In this document: piece by piece, positions 36,299 through 48,384 of the stretch
Numbering within the stretch: position 1 is the stretch's first letter
Layout of the letters: each line of letters opens with the position of its first letter
IMG/VR virus record: IMGVR_UViG_3300028581_003812
Coordinates: 1-59,269 of that record
Reading direction: 5' to 3' (one strand)
From: a virus
Lineage: Duplodnaviria; Caudoviricetes
Length of the DNA: 59,269 nt
The notes under the pieces: model-generated
The model's input: the letters and a program-made list of their open reading frames with translations, nothing else
Told to the model about the DNA's origin: nothing
Database searches by the model: none
Made by a program: the position numbers and the translations under genes

Positions 36299-38155
36299 AT
36301 GGCAACACAATTCAATAATTTTCAATTATCGCAAGATGGTTATGTGGCATTTGACGCTATAAGTTTAAAGAGTTTGATCAATGCACGGTTGAATGATAGC
36401 AATGTATTTACAGATCAAAATTTTGAAGGTAGCAATATCTCCTCACTTATAGACATTATTGCCTATGCTTATCACGTTTTAATATTCTATCTGAACAGAA
36501 CCAGTTCAGAAAGCACATTTACAACTGCTGAGCTTTATGAAAATATTAACAAAATAGTAAAGCTACTCAATTATAATCCCATAGGCATACAGACACCCAT
36601 ACTCTCTTTCCTTGCTCAAGCTAACGAAAATTTACCAATAAACATTTACACAATACCAAGATACTCCTACTTTACTTTGAATGGTGTTAACTACTCTTTC
36701 AATAAGGACATAACTTTCTCAAAAAGTGTGAATGGTGTAGAACAGTTAACTGATTTGCAAGAAAATAATCTTTTATATCAAGGTGCATATTTGGAGTATC
36801 TTACGTATGTGGCTACTGGCGAACCATTTGAACTTGTAACCATGACTATAGTAGATGGGCGAAATAATAATCTCCTAATAGATCATTTCAATATTGATGT
36901 GTATGTTAAAGATAACACCATAGACAGCCCCAAGTGGGAAAAGTGGACCCCCTCACAATCATTATTTTTAGAAAAAAGTAATTCAAAAGCTTATGAAATT
37001 AGATTGAATGAAAACCAGAGATATGAAATTAAATTTGGTAATAATGTTACTGGCAAAAAGCTCAATGAAAACGATAATGTAGCTATATACTATCTGCAGT
37101 CAAATGGTAAATCTGGTGAGATAGGCCCGGGAATTCTTGATAATAACAAGATGTTTTTTTATAACACTCCAAGATTTTTAGAAATTAAAAATGATAATAT
37201 TCCTGAAAATCTTCAGTTAATGACAGCTCAGCAAGCTACATACATAAAATTCTCTAATATTGATGCATCAACCAGTTTTCAGGATATTGAATCACCAGAG
37301 AGCATAAAAAATAATGCCATTAATACTTTCCGCAGTCAATACAGACTCATCACCACATCAGATTTTATAAATTACATTTCCAAAAATTATAGCAACATAA
37401 TCTCTTCTACACAGGTCATAAACAACTGGGACTACATCTCAGGCCATTTGAAATATTATTTTGATCTCGGTGTCTCAAAGCCCAACTTAGAGAGCAGGGT
37501 GTTATTCAATCAAGTTAAGTTTGCTGATTCATGCAACTTTAATAATATCTACATATATGCTGTGCCTAAATTAGAAAAACTCACCTCACTAACTACTAGA
37601 GCAAACTATTTAAATGCTGCTCAAAAGCAAATTATCTTAAATGACTTGCAGCAGGTCAAATTGGCTACTGCAGAGGTTATTGTTAATGACCCTGTCTATG
37701 TGGCTGTCGATTTGGGCATAACTACTCCTGGAGAAATTCTATCACCCTCAATTGCAGATACCACATATCTGGAAATAACAAGAGATGTGACTGCCAAAAG
37801 AAATCCAGAAGCTCTCAAAGAGCAGATAAAGAATATTTTTGCCAATTACTTTTCAATTTTAAATAACAATCTGGGAGTACTCATAAGTCTCACAGACATC
37901 ACAAATAGTATCAAATCACTTGAAGGGGTAAATAATATTTCCACAGTACGCATTGTTGATGGAAACACTGTCCGTACACCTGGCATTAGCTTGTTAATAT
38001 ATAACCCTGTTTATCCTGAGAATGACATTAAAATTACCACACAAGATATACAATTGCCTTATTTTAAATTTCCCTACCTCTACAACCCATTAGACTTTGC
38101 TAATAAGATAACAATAATTACTCCATCCATTCAAACTATTCAACAGGAGTTCTAA
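36299..38155 (+). CDS. Baseplate wedge protein (T4 gp6-like)
   Basis: FTDQNFEGSNISSLIDIIAY, ESTFTTA, YEIKFGNNVTGKKL, ESPESIK and QYRLITTSDF. Confidence 0.9.
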   Translation: MATQFNNFQLSQDGYVAFDAISLKSLINARLNDSNVFTDQNFEGSNISSLIDIIAYAYHVLIFYLNRTSSESTFTTAELYENINKIVKLLNYNPIGIQTPILSFLAQANENLPINIYTIPRYSYFTLNGVNYSFNKDITFSKSVNGVEQLTDLQENNLLYQGAYLEYLTYVATGEPFELVTMTIVDGRNNNLLIDHFNIDVYVKDNTIDSPKWEKWTPSQSLFLEKSNSKAYEIRLNENQRYEIKFGNNVTGKKLNENDNVAIYYLQSNGKSGEIGPGILDNNKMFFYNTPRFLEIKNDNIPENLQLMTAQQATYIKFSNIDASTSFQDIESPESIKNNAINTFRSQYRLITTSDFINYISKNYSNIISSTQVINNWDYISGHLKYYFDLGVSKPNLESRVLFNQVKFADSCNFNNIYIYAVPKLEKLTSLTTRANYLNAAQKQIILNDLQQVKLATAEVIVNDPVYVAVDLGITTPGEILSPSIADTTYLEITRDVTAKRNPEALKEQIKNIFANYFSILNNNLGVLISLTDITNSIKSLEGVNNISTVRIVDGNTVRTPGISLLIYNPVYPENDIKITTQDIQLPYFKFPYLYNPLDFANKITIITPSIQTIQQEF

Positions 38156-41100
38156 TGGCTAATCAAATAAACTATTATTATGTTTATTTTAACATTAAGG
38201 ACTATACTGATTCGTTTGCCTTATCCAGCTTCACACTATCTAATACCCCATTAACTTTTTATCCAGATTTTGAAAGATCTTTTTCGCAATTAGATTTGGA
38301 GAATATTTCTACAAATCTAGTTAGGTGGAATTTTGGTGATGGAACATTTTCTAATGAACTAACTGCAGTGCACAAATACCAATGGCCTGGTGATTACACA
38401 GTCACCCTCACTGTTTATGATAGGAACGGCAATGCATTCGATAGTTCCTATCAGCCCATTGTCAACATTTACAACTATTTAAATGATCAGCTGCTTTTCA
38501 ATGATTATAGAAAGTTTGTTTATGATGTGCCTGCTAGCAAGATAAATGATCCATTAACTGTAAAGAGATACTCCAGTTGGCAGTCTTACAATGCATTAAG
38601 TGCTGAAGGATATACTATAAATCTTTATGCATCTGGAGCTGCAGGGGATTATTTGAATGTGGATAATTTCTTTGATGATAAATGGTCCCACCTAAGAACA
38701 CTTAGTAGGTTTTATGAGAAACAGCCTGTGGGTGATGTGTTTGAATTTGCTCCTGTGAGTAAACTAATAACATCAAATACAGAGTTGTATGTTAAAGTGC
38801 AAGATAAAATGCTAGTAAGTTGTGCGGGAGATGATCAAGGCAGCGTGCTGGTTGGTACTACAGGTAGCTCAGAATTTTATTATGCAGATGACAAGGTAAA
38901 GAATTATACCTCAAGAGAGTCACCTATTTTCTTATTTGCTACTCTGGATAATAGTAAATTTAAGGATGAATATTCACAAATTAATAATGTATTTGAGTAT
39001 ATTGCATATCCGCCAGTAGGATTTCAAAACATTAAACAAACACAATTACCAATTATTAAGGTTAGACACAACCCTGCCTCCAAACTTTCTATTACAACAA
39101 CAGGTATTGATGGTGAAGGACCTCTCTCGTCAACACGGTTCAATATACCAGAAATAAGTTGGCGCAATACTGAAATACCTTTTGTAATTAAATTCAAAGA
39201 CAAAGACAATTTCACAACAAAAACGTACCCACCACTGTCTTCTTCTATAACAACCCCATCTCTGTCGTCACTTTCAGCATATGACTTGCAATTTGGCATA
39301 ATAACTTATAACAACGGGGAAGTCAAGCCGCTCACTAGTGTTACATATTATGATGATTTCACAAATGAAGCGCCACAGTCTATTGGTGGATTTTATAAAG
39401 GATATTTTGTACCACAAGAAACTGCTCTCAATTGCGTTTTAACAGCATCCATGGTTATTAGAGACCCAACTAATTTCCCTAAGGATAGCTTCTTTGGCTG
39501 GGTGGCACTGCCTGAATATAACATGCTGTTAAGATTCTTCACAATTTTAATTTATACATATTGCCCGGGTATCCTATCTCTCACTGTTTCAGCTGATGGT
39601 AGATTTTTTGATTCCGATAACAACAGAAACATATACGCTATTCAAATTGCACCATCTGGCTCAACATTTGAAGAAGAGTATAACACTTGGTTTGCTGATG
39701 GTGCAAGTGATAGAATAATAAAGTTTAATAATACTGGGGCGTTAATATCTTCCTTTTCGCTATCTTCTTATCCATATTTAAATTTTGCTACCGGATTAAT
39801 AGAAAATCGTAATTTTCTTTCCAATATACTTTCTAGTGCTGCTCCCGCTAGCCTAGCACTTGATGGTGGCAATGACCTATGGATAGCTTTAATGGATTCA
39901 TCATCTGCTATTAAAATTGATAGGTTCAATGGGTATGTTAAAGCTGTTGCTTACCCATGGAGTGTTCTGAGAACATACAATTTAAGTGGGGATTACAATA
40001 TACCAGAATTACAGGGGTTTGCTGGTGAGCAGTTCCTCATGCCCTCCAGTATAGACACAGATATTAATAATGATATATGGGTATCTTATACAAACCCTGC
40101 ATCAAACTTTCTTGTAAAATATGACACCCTGGGTAACATGATTACTTCTGTTCCTATGCCATGGATGCATTCACCAGTTGAAATTTGCATTGATAGAAAC
40201 AAATTTGTTTGGCTAACAACCTATAATCTATCTGTGACTTCCAAAGAATTTTCTACTAGAAATGATCTGCTATATAAATTTGATACTGCTGGTAGGCTAG
40301 TAGATGGTTATCCGTTGGAAGGATTCAAGCTTATAGGTAATATATCAGTGGACGGAGGCCAAAATGCGTGGGTAATAGAAAATGCTGATACTTTAACCCG
40401 CATAGATGCCGTTAGTAATGAAAGAACATACTTTATTGTAGGATCAGGCAATACTACTAATTATATTCAGAGCATAGGTGGCATTGCATGTGATACATCA
40501 GGGTTTGTTTGGGTTATCAATGACTGGAACAACAGAATATTCTACATTGATACACTAGCGCTTACAGCTGGTCCTCTCTCATCTTACAATAATGTAACAC
40601 TTAATTATCCACCTTCCAGCATAATGAACAATGTAACTGCTTTTGAAGAAAAAAGATGGCAAGCATACGGTGATTGGACTGGCACAAGATGGCTAAACAA
40701 ATACATTGACAATGTTTCAAACTACAGAGTTGTTTCAGGTACATCAAATATGTTTAACATTTATACAGATAATGGTGAATATGACCTTTACAAGATAAAT
40801 GAAGATTTTGATGCCAAAGGATTTTACAAATCATTTATATTTACTGAAAATTTAGAAGATAAACCCATATTCTTTGATAAGTTTTTAGGTAATATTGTAG
40901 GCGGTGTATCAGCTCAGCCCTACGAATTAGGCAAAACTATATATGAAAAAATTGCTAATTATGTTAGCAACACCACAGACATTGATAGTGCTAATCTAGA
41001 TAAACTAATCTCTTTTTGCAAAGCTCTATCAATACAATTTGAGCAATATAACTATAATTATCCACCTCAGCTTAGACGCTTAGTAGATATCTTATCGATA

Positions 41101-41616
41101 AAACACAAGAAGCTCTGGGGGGAGACAAACAAATACAACTATAATTTTGGCTCCACTAATAATCCTGGCATCAATCTGGGTACACAGATATCTGTAATTA
41201 CAGGATCTCTATCCTCTGGAGTACCAATAGTAGCATATGAAAAGTTTTCTGAGATTTATAACGTGGTAAACAGCAATCTCATCAACACACCTTCTGGTTT
41301 ATTACCATATACTACCAAAATTTCACTTTCTGACTTTAGTCCTGATTGGGGCTGGGGATTAGTTGCACCAGCAGCAATAACTGGTGTTAATATCTCTAAT
41401 TACTATAAGTTCTATGAATATAATAACTCGTTCAATAATAGTCATTTAGATAATATAATAGATTGGAATAACCCACTCAACACGCTGAATTACAGTAACA
41501 GCTCATTTGCGAGCTGGAGTGAAGATAGCGGAACAATGCAGAATTTATTAAGTTACGAGATCTCCAAAGGCTTAAAATTATTTTTAAGCGGTAGTGATAT
41601 AGTGTATAATAATTAA
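38155..41616 (+). CDS. Large baseplate/virion protein with PKD domain and beta-propeller (gp7 position)
   Basis: PKD motif WNFGDGT...HKYQWPGDYTVTLTV and repeated blades LALDGGNDLWI, IDTDINNDIWV, ICIDRNKFVWL and IACDTSGFVWV. Confidence 0.7.
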   Translation: MANQINYYYVYFNIKDYTDSFALSSFTLSNTPLTFYPDFERSFSQLDLENISTNLVRWNFGDGTFSNELTAVHKYQWPGDYTVTLTVYDRNGNAFDSSYQPIVNIYNYLNDQLLFNDYRKFVYDVPASKINDPLTVKRYSSWQSYNALSAEGYTINLYASGAAGDYLNVDNFFDDKWSHLRTLSRFYEKQPVGDVFEFAPVSKLITSNTELYVKVQDKMLVSCAGDDQGSVLVGTTGSSEFYYADDKVKNYTSRESPIFLFATLDNSKFKDEYSQINNVFEYIAYPPVGFQNIKQTQLPIIKVRHNPASKLSITTTGIDGEGPLSSTRFNIPEISWRNTEIPFVIKFKDKDNFTTKTYPPLSSSITTPSLSSLSAYDLQFGIITYNNGEVKPLTSVTYYDDFTNEAPQSIGGFYKGYFVPQETALNCVLTASMVIRDPTNFPKDSFFGWVALPEYNMLLRFFTILIYTYCPGILSLTVSADGRFFDSDNNRNIYAIQIAPSGSTFEEEYNTWFADGASDRIIKFNNTGALISSFSLSSYPYLNFATGLIENRNFLSNILSSAAPASLALDGGNDLWIALMDSSSAIKIDRFNGYVKAVAYPWSVLRTYNLSGDYNIPELQGFAGEQFLMPSSIDTDINNDIWVSYTNPASNFLVKYDTLGNMITSVPMPWMHSPVEICIDRNKFVWLTTYNLSVTSKEFSTRNDLLYKFDTAGRLVDGYPLEGFKLIGNISVDGGQNAWVIENADTLTRIDAVSNERTYFIVGSGNTTNYIQSIGGIACDTSGFVWVINDWNNRIFYIDTLALTAGPLSSYNNVTLNYPPSSIMNNVTAFEEKRWQAYGDWTGTRWLNKYIDNVSNYRVVSGTSNMFNIYTDNGEYDLYKINEDFDAKGFYKSFIFTENLEDKPIFFDKFLGNIVGGVSAQPYELGKTIYEKIANYVSNTTDIDSANLDKLISFCKALSIQFEQYNYNYPPQLRRLVDILSIKHKKLWGETNKYNYNFGSTNNPGINLGTQISVITGSLSSGVPIVAYEKFSEIYNVVNSNLINTPSGLLPYTTKISLSDFSPDWGWGLVAPAAITGVNISNYYKFYEYNNSFNNSHLDNIIDWNNPLNTLNYSNSSFASWSEDSGTMQNLLSYEISKGLKLFLSGSDIVYNN

Positions 41617-41624
41617 ATACTTTA

Positions 41625-44600
41625 ATGCTCGATTCAAGCAGATTCATTGACGAACGTATATCCACATCTGTAACTTCCTTGATACCTGTTGAAAATCCTA
41701 TAGATGCAGATAAACCACTCACTTTTATAGAGTGGCTGAAATATAATAACAGCCTATTCACAAATGCAGACGATTTTCTATTGAGGTATCAATCTTATCT
41801 TAACAATTGGTATGAAATAAAAGGCAAATCAAAAGATATTATTGAGATGGAAATAAGAAAGAGCTATACATCTCTTATTAATGAAATTGTTTTAAGTTAT
41901 GCTTCTTCAGAAGAAAAGCGTTTCTTAAAAAATATCGATTTTAATAATAAAAGAGATCTGGCTATAGCTGTACCATTTTTTGCAAAGAAAATTAAAGATA
42001 TATGCTTATATTACAGCACATTGCGTGATGATGTTAAAACCGCCCAACTCAGATACAATTTAAAAGGTTCTAATTTGGGTATTGAGAAGTTAGTTTACAA
42101 TGAGATTTCAAAGTCATTAGAAGCAGATGACTTGGTTGATATTGTTAGAACTCTTAATTTGTCTTTATCTGATATAAGAAACAATCTGGTAATTAATTTA
42201 GAAGATATTTTTGATACATATTCGTATTATTTAGATAATAGTATCAACCAATCACCCTCTGCCAACGGTATAACTAACGGAGAAGGGCAGGACTACTCTT
42301 CAGCAAACACCTATGATATCAATCCAAGCCTATTCTTAGACTTTAACTCTTCCATTGTTCAAGCCATTTCTTCTTATCCTTTCTTTCTAATTGAGCTAGG
42401 CACAAACAATTTCAGTATAAATCTTAAACCTGAATCAACTGACTTGAATCTTCTTAAAGATAGTGATTATATTAACACAGTTAACACCGAGGTACAAGGC
42501 AATTTAAATTTAAACTTACAAATCGCTGCAGCTAAAAAATACATAGGTACAGAATTTTATTTTCTCTCTACTAACAGCACTAATACAGCGTTTATTTCTG
42601 GTATACTCTTTACACCTGACAATGAGTTTGCAAACTATTTAAATAAAAGATTTCCATCTATTGCAGCCATTCCATCCACAGAATATTTAAAAACTGCAAA
42701 AGAGATTGGGTTATTTTTTAAACCCGATAAAATTGGATTATCAGTTTTTAATAATTTTAAAAATAATTACAGTGTTAAATCATTAAGCGCTAACACAGTT
42801 TATGTTTTTCCAAACCCTGAAAAATATGGTAATGTATCCAGCTTAACCAAGGAGAGCTTCAATTCACCGCTAGAGTTTTATGATAACTCATACCTACTCA
42901 AGCTCGACTTTTCAAATCAATTTGCTTTTGGTGATGCCACTAATAACTCTTACCTGCAAACGTTTAGGAGCTATCAGTCGCGCGAACAATCAAACTTAAT
43001 GCCTCTGCAGGGGTTAGCGCGCTACACAGATCCACAAGATTTCTTTAAAGGTGAGTTTAGATCCATATGGTCAAATAGTGACATCTACCCTCTCATACCG
43101 CAAAATCTTTTTCCCATTGACAACAGAGTAGAAAAACTCTATTCGCTAGACAAAACATTAGTGCAATTCAAGAGTGACGTATACGGCAACGATTACAGTT
43201 TTTATAAAGAAGTATACCCAAAAAAATCTCTTTCAAATATTTACGTAGATCAAGATTCCAGAGGCATAAAATACTGCTTTGCCTTTGATGGACATTTGTT
43301 TTATGACCCTGTCTCTGGATCTAATTTTAATTATGATTTGGTTGATGAAAATAAAGGGTATTCAGGAGTAACATTTAGAGCGGTAACTCAAATTCCACCA
43401 GGATCCGGTTATTTTACTCGCGGACCCAACTCACTCACCCCCTCACCCCTTTCAGCTCAATATTATAATAATGGAATACCCAATTACTTGTATTCAGATC
43501 AACCAACACCTGTTATTTCATATCGATTTCAGCCTGAGACGTATTGCAGTGATGTGGCCACTGTAACTTACCTTTGCAATTCATTTGATGGCGTCGGTTT
43601 TGTGTCATCAGACGGTACCATTCTGCCAGATGTGCCATCAGATACTCCAACCTATGATCCCTTCACAGATATATTATATTATGTTGAACTGGCCGATGGT
43701 GGTAGTTGTCCTACAAACTCACCCACATATATTGCTAATTTTGTAAACCCGCCTTCATTTAGCTTTGCACCTCCTCTTTCTGCACTTTCATATGCAGATG
43801 GATTTAAATTTTTAGTAAATGGTGATAATCCTTGTGGTGGTAATGTAAAAAGATCTGCCGTATATACTGAAAAATCACAATATTTAAATTATAGAGTGCC
43901 TTACAGATCCACAGCAGTAGTTGAAACCCAACCCGGGTTAACTAACAAGAGATCTCTTTATGAAACCAAGTTTATTGATTTTGGTGAACTCTATGTAAGA
44001 AATTCTAACTCCTCTTTACTTGCACCTGCATCTGCTGCTCTCAGTGCTCTGTACTACAAATATGATGAATTAATAAACAATGAACTGGATGAAAAATTAA
44101 TTAATTTTGACGTCTTCTATGATGTAATAAATTTCGAAACAGAGAATTACTTAATTTTTGATAAAATTAAATATAATTACACATCAAACTTACCGATAAC
44201 TAATTCTAATGCGGATTGTTTTTTCGCCAGAGGTGAAAATAAAAAGTTTGAGAAGTTTTCCACAATTTGGTTTAATGAAACTGAAAATAAGCTATATTTT
44301 TGTAGAACTGTGCTGTTTAATGAATTAAGTGCCACAAACTATAAAATAATTTATCCAGAAATTTACGAAATTTCTTTGAATACCATGACCTCTTCTAAAA
44401 TATATCCACAAGACACCAACATTAATTTAACTGTTGACAAGCTTAAATTATTTTCTTTAATAGGGAAAAATATTAATTTAAATATTGTGGAAATCGAAAA
44501 ACCACTACTAACTTATGACGATGAAACATCAAATTTTACAATCACATATCTAGGCAAAGATCTTTCCAATGTATTCTACATAAATAAAATATACTTTAAA

Positions 44601-44780
44601 TATATCAATGGTGTCATAACTATATTAAATGCGTTTATGCATAAAATAGATCAAAATGTGGTGAGTATAAATTTTGCAAATGTAGGCACATCTGTACCAT
44701 CACCTGTATTTTCCACATATAATGTAAGAGGAGCTACTGCTGGATCAGTATCTGGCGGAGTATTTTCATTCGGAGTATAA
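41625..44780 (+). CDS. Large virion structural protein
   Basis: 1051-aa ORF in the structural block, with a late promoter 5 nt upstream. Confidence 0.6.
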   Translation: MLDSSRFIDERISTSVTSLIPVENPIDADKPLTFIEWLKYNNSLFTNADDFLLRYQSYLNNWYEIKGKSKDIIEMEIRKSYTSLINEIVLSYASSEEKRFLKNIDFNNKRDLAIAVPFFAKKIKDICLYYSTLRDDVKTAQLRYNLKGSNLGIEKLVYNEISKSLEADDLVDIVRTLNLSLSDIRNNLVINLEDIFDTYSYYLDNSINQSPSANGITNGEGQDYSSANTYDINPSLFLDFNSSIVQAISSYPFFLIELGTNNFSINLKPESTDLNLLKDSDYINTVNTEVQGNLNLNLQIAAAKKYIGTEFYFLSTNSTNTAFISGILFTPDNEFANYLNKRFPSIAAIPSTEYLKTAKEIGLFFKPDKIGLSVFNNFKNNYSVKSLSANTVYVFPNPEKYGNVSSLTKESFNSPLEFYDNSYLLKLDFSNQFAFGDATNNSYLQTFRSYQSREQSNLMPLQGLARYTDPQDFFKGEFRSIWSNSDIYPLIPQNLFPIDNRVEKLYSLDKTLVQFKSDVYGNDYSFYKEVYPKKSLSNIYVDQDSRGIKYCFAFDGHLFYDPVSGSNFNYDLVDENKGYSGVTFRAVTQIPPGSGYFTRGPNSLTPSPLSAQYYNNGIPNYLYSDQPTPVISYRFQPETYCSDVATVTYLCNSFDGVGFVSSDGTILPDVPSDTPTYDPFTDILYYVELADGGSCPTNSPTYIANFVNPPSFSFAPPLSALSYADGFKFLVNGDNPCGGNVKRSAVYTEKSQYLNYRVPYRSTAVVETQPGLTNKRSLYETKFIDFGELYVRNSNSSLLAPASAALSALYYKYDELINNELDEKLINFDVFYDVINFETENYLIFDKIKYNYTSNLPITNSNADCFFARGENKKFEKFSTIWFNETENKLYFCRTVLFNELSATNYKIIYPEIYEISLNTMTSSKIYPQDTNINLTVDKLKLFSLIGKNINLNIVEIEKPLLTYDDETSNFTITYLGKDLSNVFYINKIYFKYINGVITILNAFMHKIDQNVVSINFANVGTSVPSPVFSTYNVRGATAGSVSGGVFSFGV

Positions 44781-44781
44781 T

Positions 44782-46410
44782 ATGTCTTATTACGTTCTAA
44801 CTAACAATGATAAAGCATCTGTATTATACTCAAAGATGCTTATTGATACAACCAGAGATTTTTATGTTACTTTTGACTACGCGTGCTATGGCAATACATC
44901 ATTAGGTGCACATGGGTTTTGCTTATTTCTAGTTGACATAGCACAATCAAGCCTGATATACGGCAGCCCCGGTCCAGGGCTGGGTGTAACTGCACTTACT
45001 GCAGATCTAGGTGGCTCTAACATAAGAGGCTTCCAGGGCATACCCAATACCTCACTTTGTGTTGGTTTCGATATCAATGGAATTTATGGCAGCAACAATA
45101 CAGGACTAAATGGCCCATCAGCAATTGTACCCAACAGCATCACTCTCAGATCGTCACAGACCAGTGGATTTAGATTTTTATATAGAACGGATAATTTAGC
45201 AAGCTCTACGTTTAGTACACCCTTATCACTATATAAAGTGGCCACAGATGCCCCGGCATACAACACTTTTCGTATCAAAATTACTGACTTTGGCTCCAAG
45301 GTTGAAGTAGATCATAAGGATGCGCAGTCATTAATCTTCACTAATTATGTCACATTTAAATTGCCGTATACTTTGCCTAGCATAATTTATCCTTGCTTGT
45401 CCTTTAGCTCCAATACACCTTCAGCGAGAATGAAAGTTGGTAATATGAATGTGAATGCATATCTGACCACACCCACACCCACACCTACTATCACACCTTC
45501 CAACACTGTAACACCCACTGTCACCCCCACTATTACTGTATCACCCACAGTAACACCCACATTCACCAAGACACCCACTGTCACCCCCACTATTACTGTA
45601 TCACCCACAGTAACACCCACACTGACATTATCTAATACAGTAACACCTACGATAACACTTTCACCCACAACAACCCCCACAGTAACACCCTCACCAAATG
45701 CGACATTAACACCCACATTAACACCCACAGTTACACCCACAATAACACTTTCACCCACAGTAACACCTACCATAACTGTTTCCAATACATCAACACCCAC
45801 ACCCACACCCACACCCACATACACCCCCACACACCCACCCACACCTTCTACTACACAATCACCCACCCCCACCCCCACACAAACAAGAAACCTACCTGAG
45901 TACCTTTTCTTTGCTTCAACTGAAACAAATATTGATATAATTAACAATGCTCCAGCAAGCCCATACCCAGTCAATATTCCAGTTACAGGTGTTGATCAGA
46001 CTGTCAAAAAGGTGGCACTAGTTTTAAGTGGTTACACACATGGCTTCCCATATGATGTAGGCATGCTGTTAGTTGCTCCAGATGGCACTGCTGTTGTGCC
46101 TGTTTATCAGATTGCAGCATCAGAAGGGTTTGAGGCCAATGATGCTGATGTCATACTAGATGATAGCAGCACTAGTGCATGGGATGGGTATTCTTCTGGC
46201 ACATATCATACAGTCAATACAAATGACCCGTCAGCTGTCTTTAACGGCTCTGGTGCTAGACCAGCACCACCATACAATTTGGACTTGACTGTGTTCAACC
46301 AAGTGTCTTACAGCGGCATTAATGGTACTTGGAAGTTGTATATTGAAGACTTCTTTATACGCGATTCCGGAACTTTGTTCCGAGCAGGGCTGAGAATTTA
46401 TTACAATTGA
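44782..46410 (+). CDS. Virion protein: L-type lectin-like domain + Thr/Pro mucin-like linker + proprotein-convertase P-like domain
   Basis: N-terminal GAHGFCLFL...GPGLG...LCVGFDING, a ~140-aa TPT repeat, and C-terminal [20 protein letters not shown]...[10 protein letters not shown]...DSGTL. Confidence 0.75.
   Translation: MSYYVLTNNDKASVLYSKMLIDTTRDFYVTFDYACYGNTSLGAHGFCLFLVDIAQSSLIYGSPGPGLGVTALTADLGGSNIRGFQGIPNTSLCVGFDINGIYGSNNTGLNGPSAIVPNSITLRSSQTSGFRFLYRTDNLASSTFSTPLSLYKVATDAPAYNTFRIKITDFGSKVEVDHKDAQSLIFTNYVTFKLPYTLPSIIYPCLSFSSNTPSARMKVGNMNVNAYLTTPTPTPTITPSNTVTPTVTPTITVSPTVTPTFTKTPTVTPTITVSPTVTPTLTLSNTVTPTITLSPTTTPTVTPSPNATLTPTLTPTVTPTITLSPTVTPTITVSNTSTPTPTPTPTYTPTHPPTPSTTQSPTPTPTQTRNLPEYLFFASTETNIDIINNAPASPYPVNIPVTGVDQTVKKVALVLSGYTHGFPYDVGMLLVAPDGTAVVPVYQIAASEGFEANDADVILDDSSTSAWDGYSSGTYHTVNTNDPSAVFNGSGARPAPPYNLDLTVFNQVSYSGINGTWKLYIEDFFIRDSGTLFRAGLRIYYN
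45466..45885 (+). repeat. Thr/Pro-rich coding tandem repeat (~30-nt unit)
   Basis: Units like [10 protein letters not shown]; 51-bp exact duplication at 45511-45561 and 45571-45621. Confidence 0.95.
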
Positions 46411-46434
46411 TTTTCTTCTACTAGATATTAAAAT
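46407..46434 (+). promoter_or_regulatory. Sigma70-type promoter heading the glycosylation cluster
   Basis: TTGATT 46407-46412, N16, TAAAAT 46429-46434; GTG start after a 6-nt gap. Confidence 0.65.
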
Positions 46435-46440
46435 AATTTA

Positions 46441-47688
46441 GTGAAAATTTTTATATCTATTGCTTCATACAGAGATCCTCAGCTGCCCGACACATTAAAA
46501 GATTGCATTGCTAATGCAAAAAAACCAGAAAATTTAGTATTCTCTATTTGCTGGCAAAGAGGAGACAGTGAATCACTTAATGAATTTAAAGACGATAAAC
46601 GCTTTAAGATTATAGAAATACCTGCGCAAGATAGCAAAGGTACATGCTGGGCGCGCTCCAAAATACAGGAAAACTATGACGGTGAAAAATACTACCTGCA
46701 ATTAGATAGTCACCACCGGTTTGTAAAGGATTGGGATACAAAATGCATTAAAATGGTAAAAGATTTGCAAAAGCTTGGTCATAAAAAGCCTTTACTAACC
46801 GGTTATGTTTCAAGCTTTAATCCCTCCAATGACCCAGCTGAAAGAATACATACACCCTGGAAGATGAATTTTGATAGATTCATTCCAGAAGGTGCTGTAT
46901 TCTTCTTACCTGCATCAATAGATGATTTCAAATCCAGAACATTGCCTATTCCTTCCAGGTTTGTTTCAGCCCACTTCATCTTCACTCTAGGCAAGTGGTG
47001 CCAAGAAGTGCCATATGACCCACATTATTATTTTCATGGTGAAGAGATCAATCTTGCTGTGAGATCCTACACATGGGGATATGATTTATTTCATCCACAT
47101 GAAGTTGTTGTATGGCATGAATATACTCGCAAAGGTCGCTCAAAACATTGGGATGACATCAAAGAGTGGGGTGAAATGAATAAGAAATCACATTTGAGAA
47201 ATAGAAAGCTATTTGAAATGGATGGGGAGAAAAAGGATATTGATTTTGGTAAATACGATTTTGGTAAGAAACGCTCTGTAAAAGATTATGAAAAATATGC
47301 AGGTCTTTGCTTCAAGAAGCGTGCAGTTCAAAAATATACTCTAGATAACAATCTTGCACCCAACCCTACATTGTCCAATGAGGATCTGGATATGTCCTGG
47401 TTGAAGATTTTCAAGCACTGTATTGATGTGCGATATGAACAGGTACCAGAAAAAGACTACGACTTTTGGTGTGTAGCTTTTAAAGACAAAGATGGTAAAG
47501 ATGTGCATCGTCAAGATGCAGATAAGCAAGAAATAGAAAATATGTTCAGAGACCCTGACAAATATTGTAAAGTTTGGAGATCTTTTCACTCAGAAGAGAT
47601 GCCTGCAAGCTGGATTGTATGGCCTCACAGCATTAGTAAGGGCTGGCAAGACCCCATCACTGGTCAACTCAATAATATTATTAGCTAA
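46441..47688 (+). CDS. GT60-like polypeptide N-acetylglucosaminyltransferase (Pfam GlcNAc family)
   Basis: IFISIASYRDPQL, GTCWARS, YYLQLDSHHRFVKDWD (DxH), FVSAHFIF, EVPYDP, FHGEEI.LAVRSYTWGYDLF and WHEY. Confidence 0.85.
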   Translation: MKIFISIASYRDPQLPDTLKDCIANAKKPENLVFSICWQRGDSESLNEFKDDKRFKIIEIPAQDSKGTCWARSKIQENYDGEKYYLQLDSHHRFVKDWDTKCIKMVKDLQKLGHKKPLLTGYVSSFNPSNDPAERIHTPWKMNFDRFIPEGAVFFLPASIDDFKSRTLPIPSRFVSAHFIFTLGKWCQEVPYDPHYYFHGEEINLAVRSYTWGYDLFHPHEVVVWHEYTRKGRSKHWDDIKEWGEMNKKSHLRNRKLFEMDGEKKDIDFGKYDFGKKRSVKDYEKYAGLCFKKRAVQKYTLDNNLAPNPTLSNEDLDMSWLKIFKHCIDVRYEQVPEKDYDFWCVAFKDKDGKDVHRQDADKQEIENMFRDPDKYCKVWRSFHSEEMPASWIVWPHSISKGWQDPITGQLNNIIS

Positions 47689-48383
47689 TGAACGAATATA
47701 TTAAATCTGTTCTGCAGGAATCTTACAAAACAGTTGCTCCTTTTACTGCATGGGCAACAAACAGCATTTCAGGTGATGATTGCACACACAAAAGAGCCAA
47801 ACCAGCACCTTTTTTAAAGCTTTTAAGCTGCATAAATCAAAAATATCCGTTCAAGACCATTGTGGAGATTGGTGCCATACGATATGCAGTTACACAAAAG
47901 TGCATTGATTACTTCAATCTTGACTACCATACAATTGAAGGTCCTGCGTGCTGTGCAGATGGTCACTCAACATATTTTTTAAGTAAGTTTGGAGGTGATT
48001 TTTATTCTGTAGACATTGATCCCTCCAGAATTGATGCAATTAAAAATTCATATCATCATTTAAATGAAAAACAACCGGACAACTTACATGTTAACATACC
48101 ATGTGATGGAATAGATTTTCTTAAAACCATAGATCGTAAAATCGATCTGTTATTCCTTGATGGTTGGGATGTCGGTACACCCAGTTATGCAGAAAATCAT
48201 TTATTAGCTTATACAGTAGCTAAAGTCTTTAATAAACTGTCAGATAATGTTATTATTGGCATTGACGATACTGATTTCACACCAGGATTTGCTGGCAAGG
48301 ACAATTTACTTGGCCCAGAACTAATAAAAGACGGGTTTGTACCGTTTCTACGTGGAAGATGCTCGCTTTTTATTAAATTATAA
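47688..48383 (+). CDS. Class I SAM-dependent methyltransferase-like protein
   Basis: TIVEIGA, YSVDIDP, DGIDFL, IDLLFLDGWD and IGIDDT. Confidence 0.75.
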   Translation: MNEYIKSVLQESYKTVAPFTAWATNSISGDDCTHKRAKPAPFLKLLSCINQKYPFKTIVEIGAIRYAVTQKCIDYFNLDYHTIEGPACCADGHSTYFLSKFGGDFYSVDIDPSRIDAIKNSYHHLNEKQPDNLHVNIPCDGIDFLKTIDRKIDLLFLDGWDVGTPSYAENHLLAYTVAKVFNKLSDNVIIGIDDTDFTPGFAGKDNLLGPELIKDGFVPFLRGRCSLFIKL

Positions 48384-48384
48384 T

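Noticed and set aside
45466-45885. Repeats considered as a CRISPR array or DGR template/variable repeat
   Set aside because: Degenerate in-frame coding repeats with no unique spacers; no cas or reverse transcriptase gene in the window.
45387-45974. 195-aa minus-strand Val/Gly-rich ORF
   Set aside because: Antisense shadow of the Thr/Pro repeat; the repeat lacks stop codons on the other strand.
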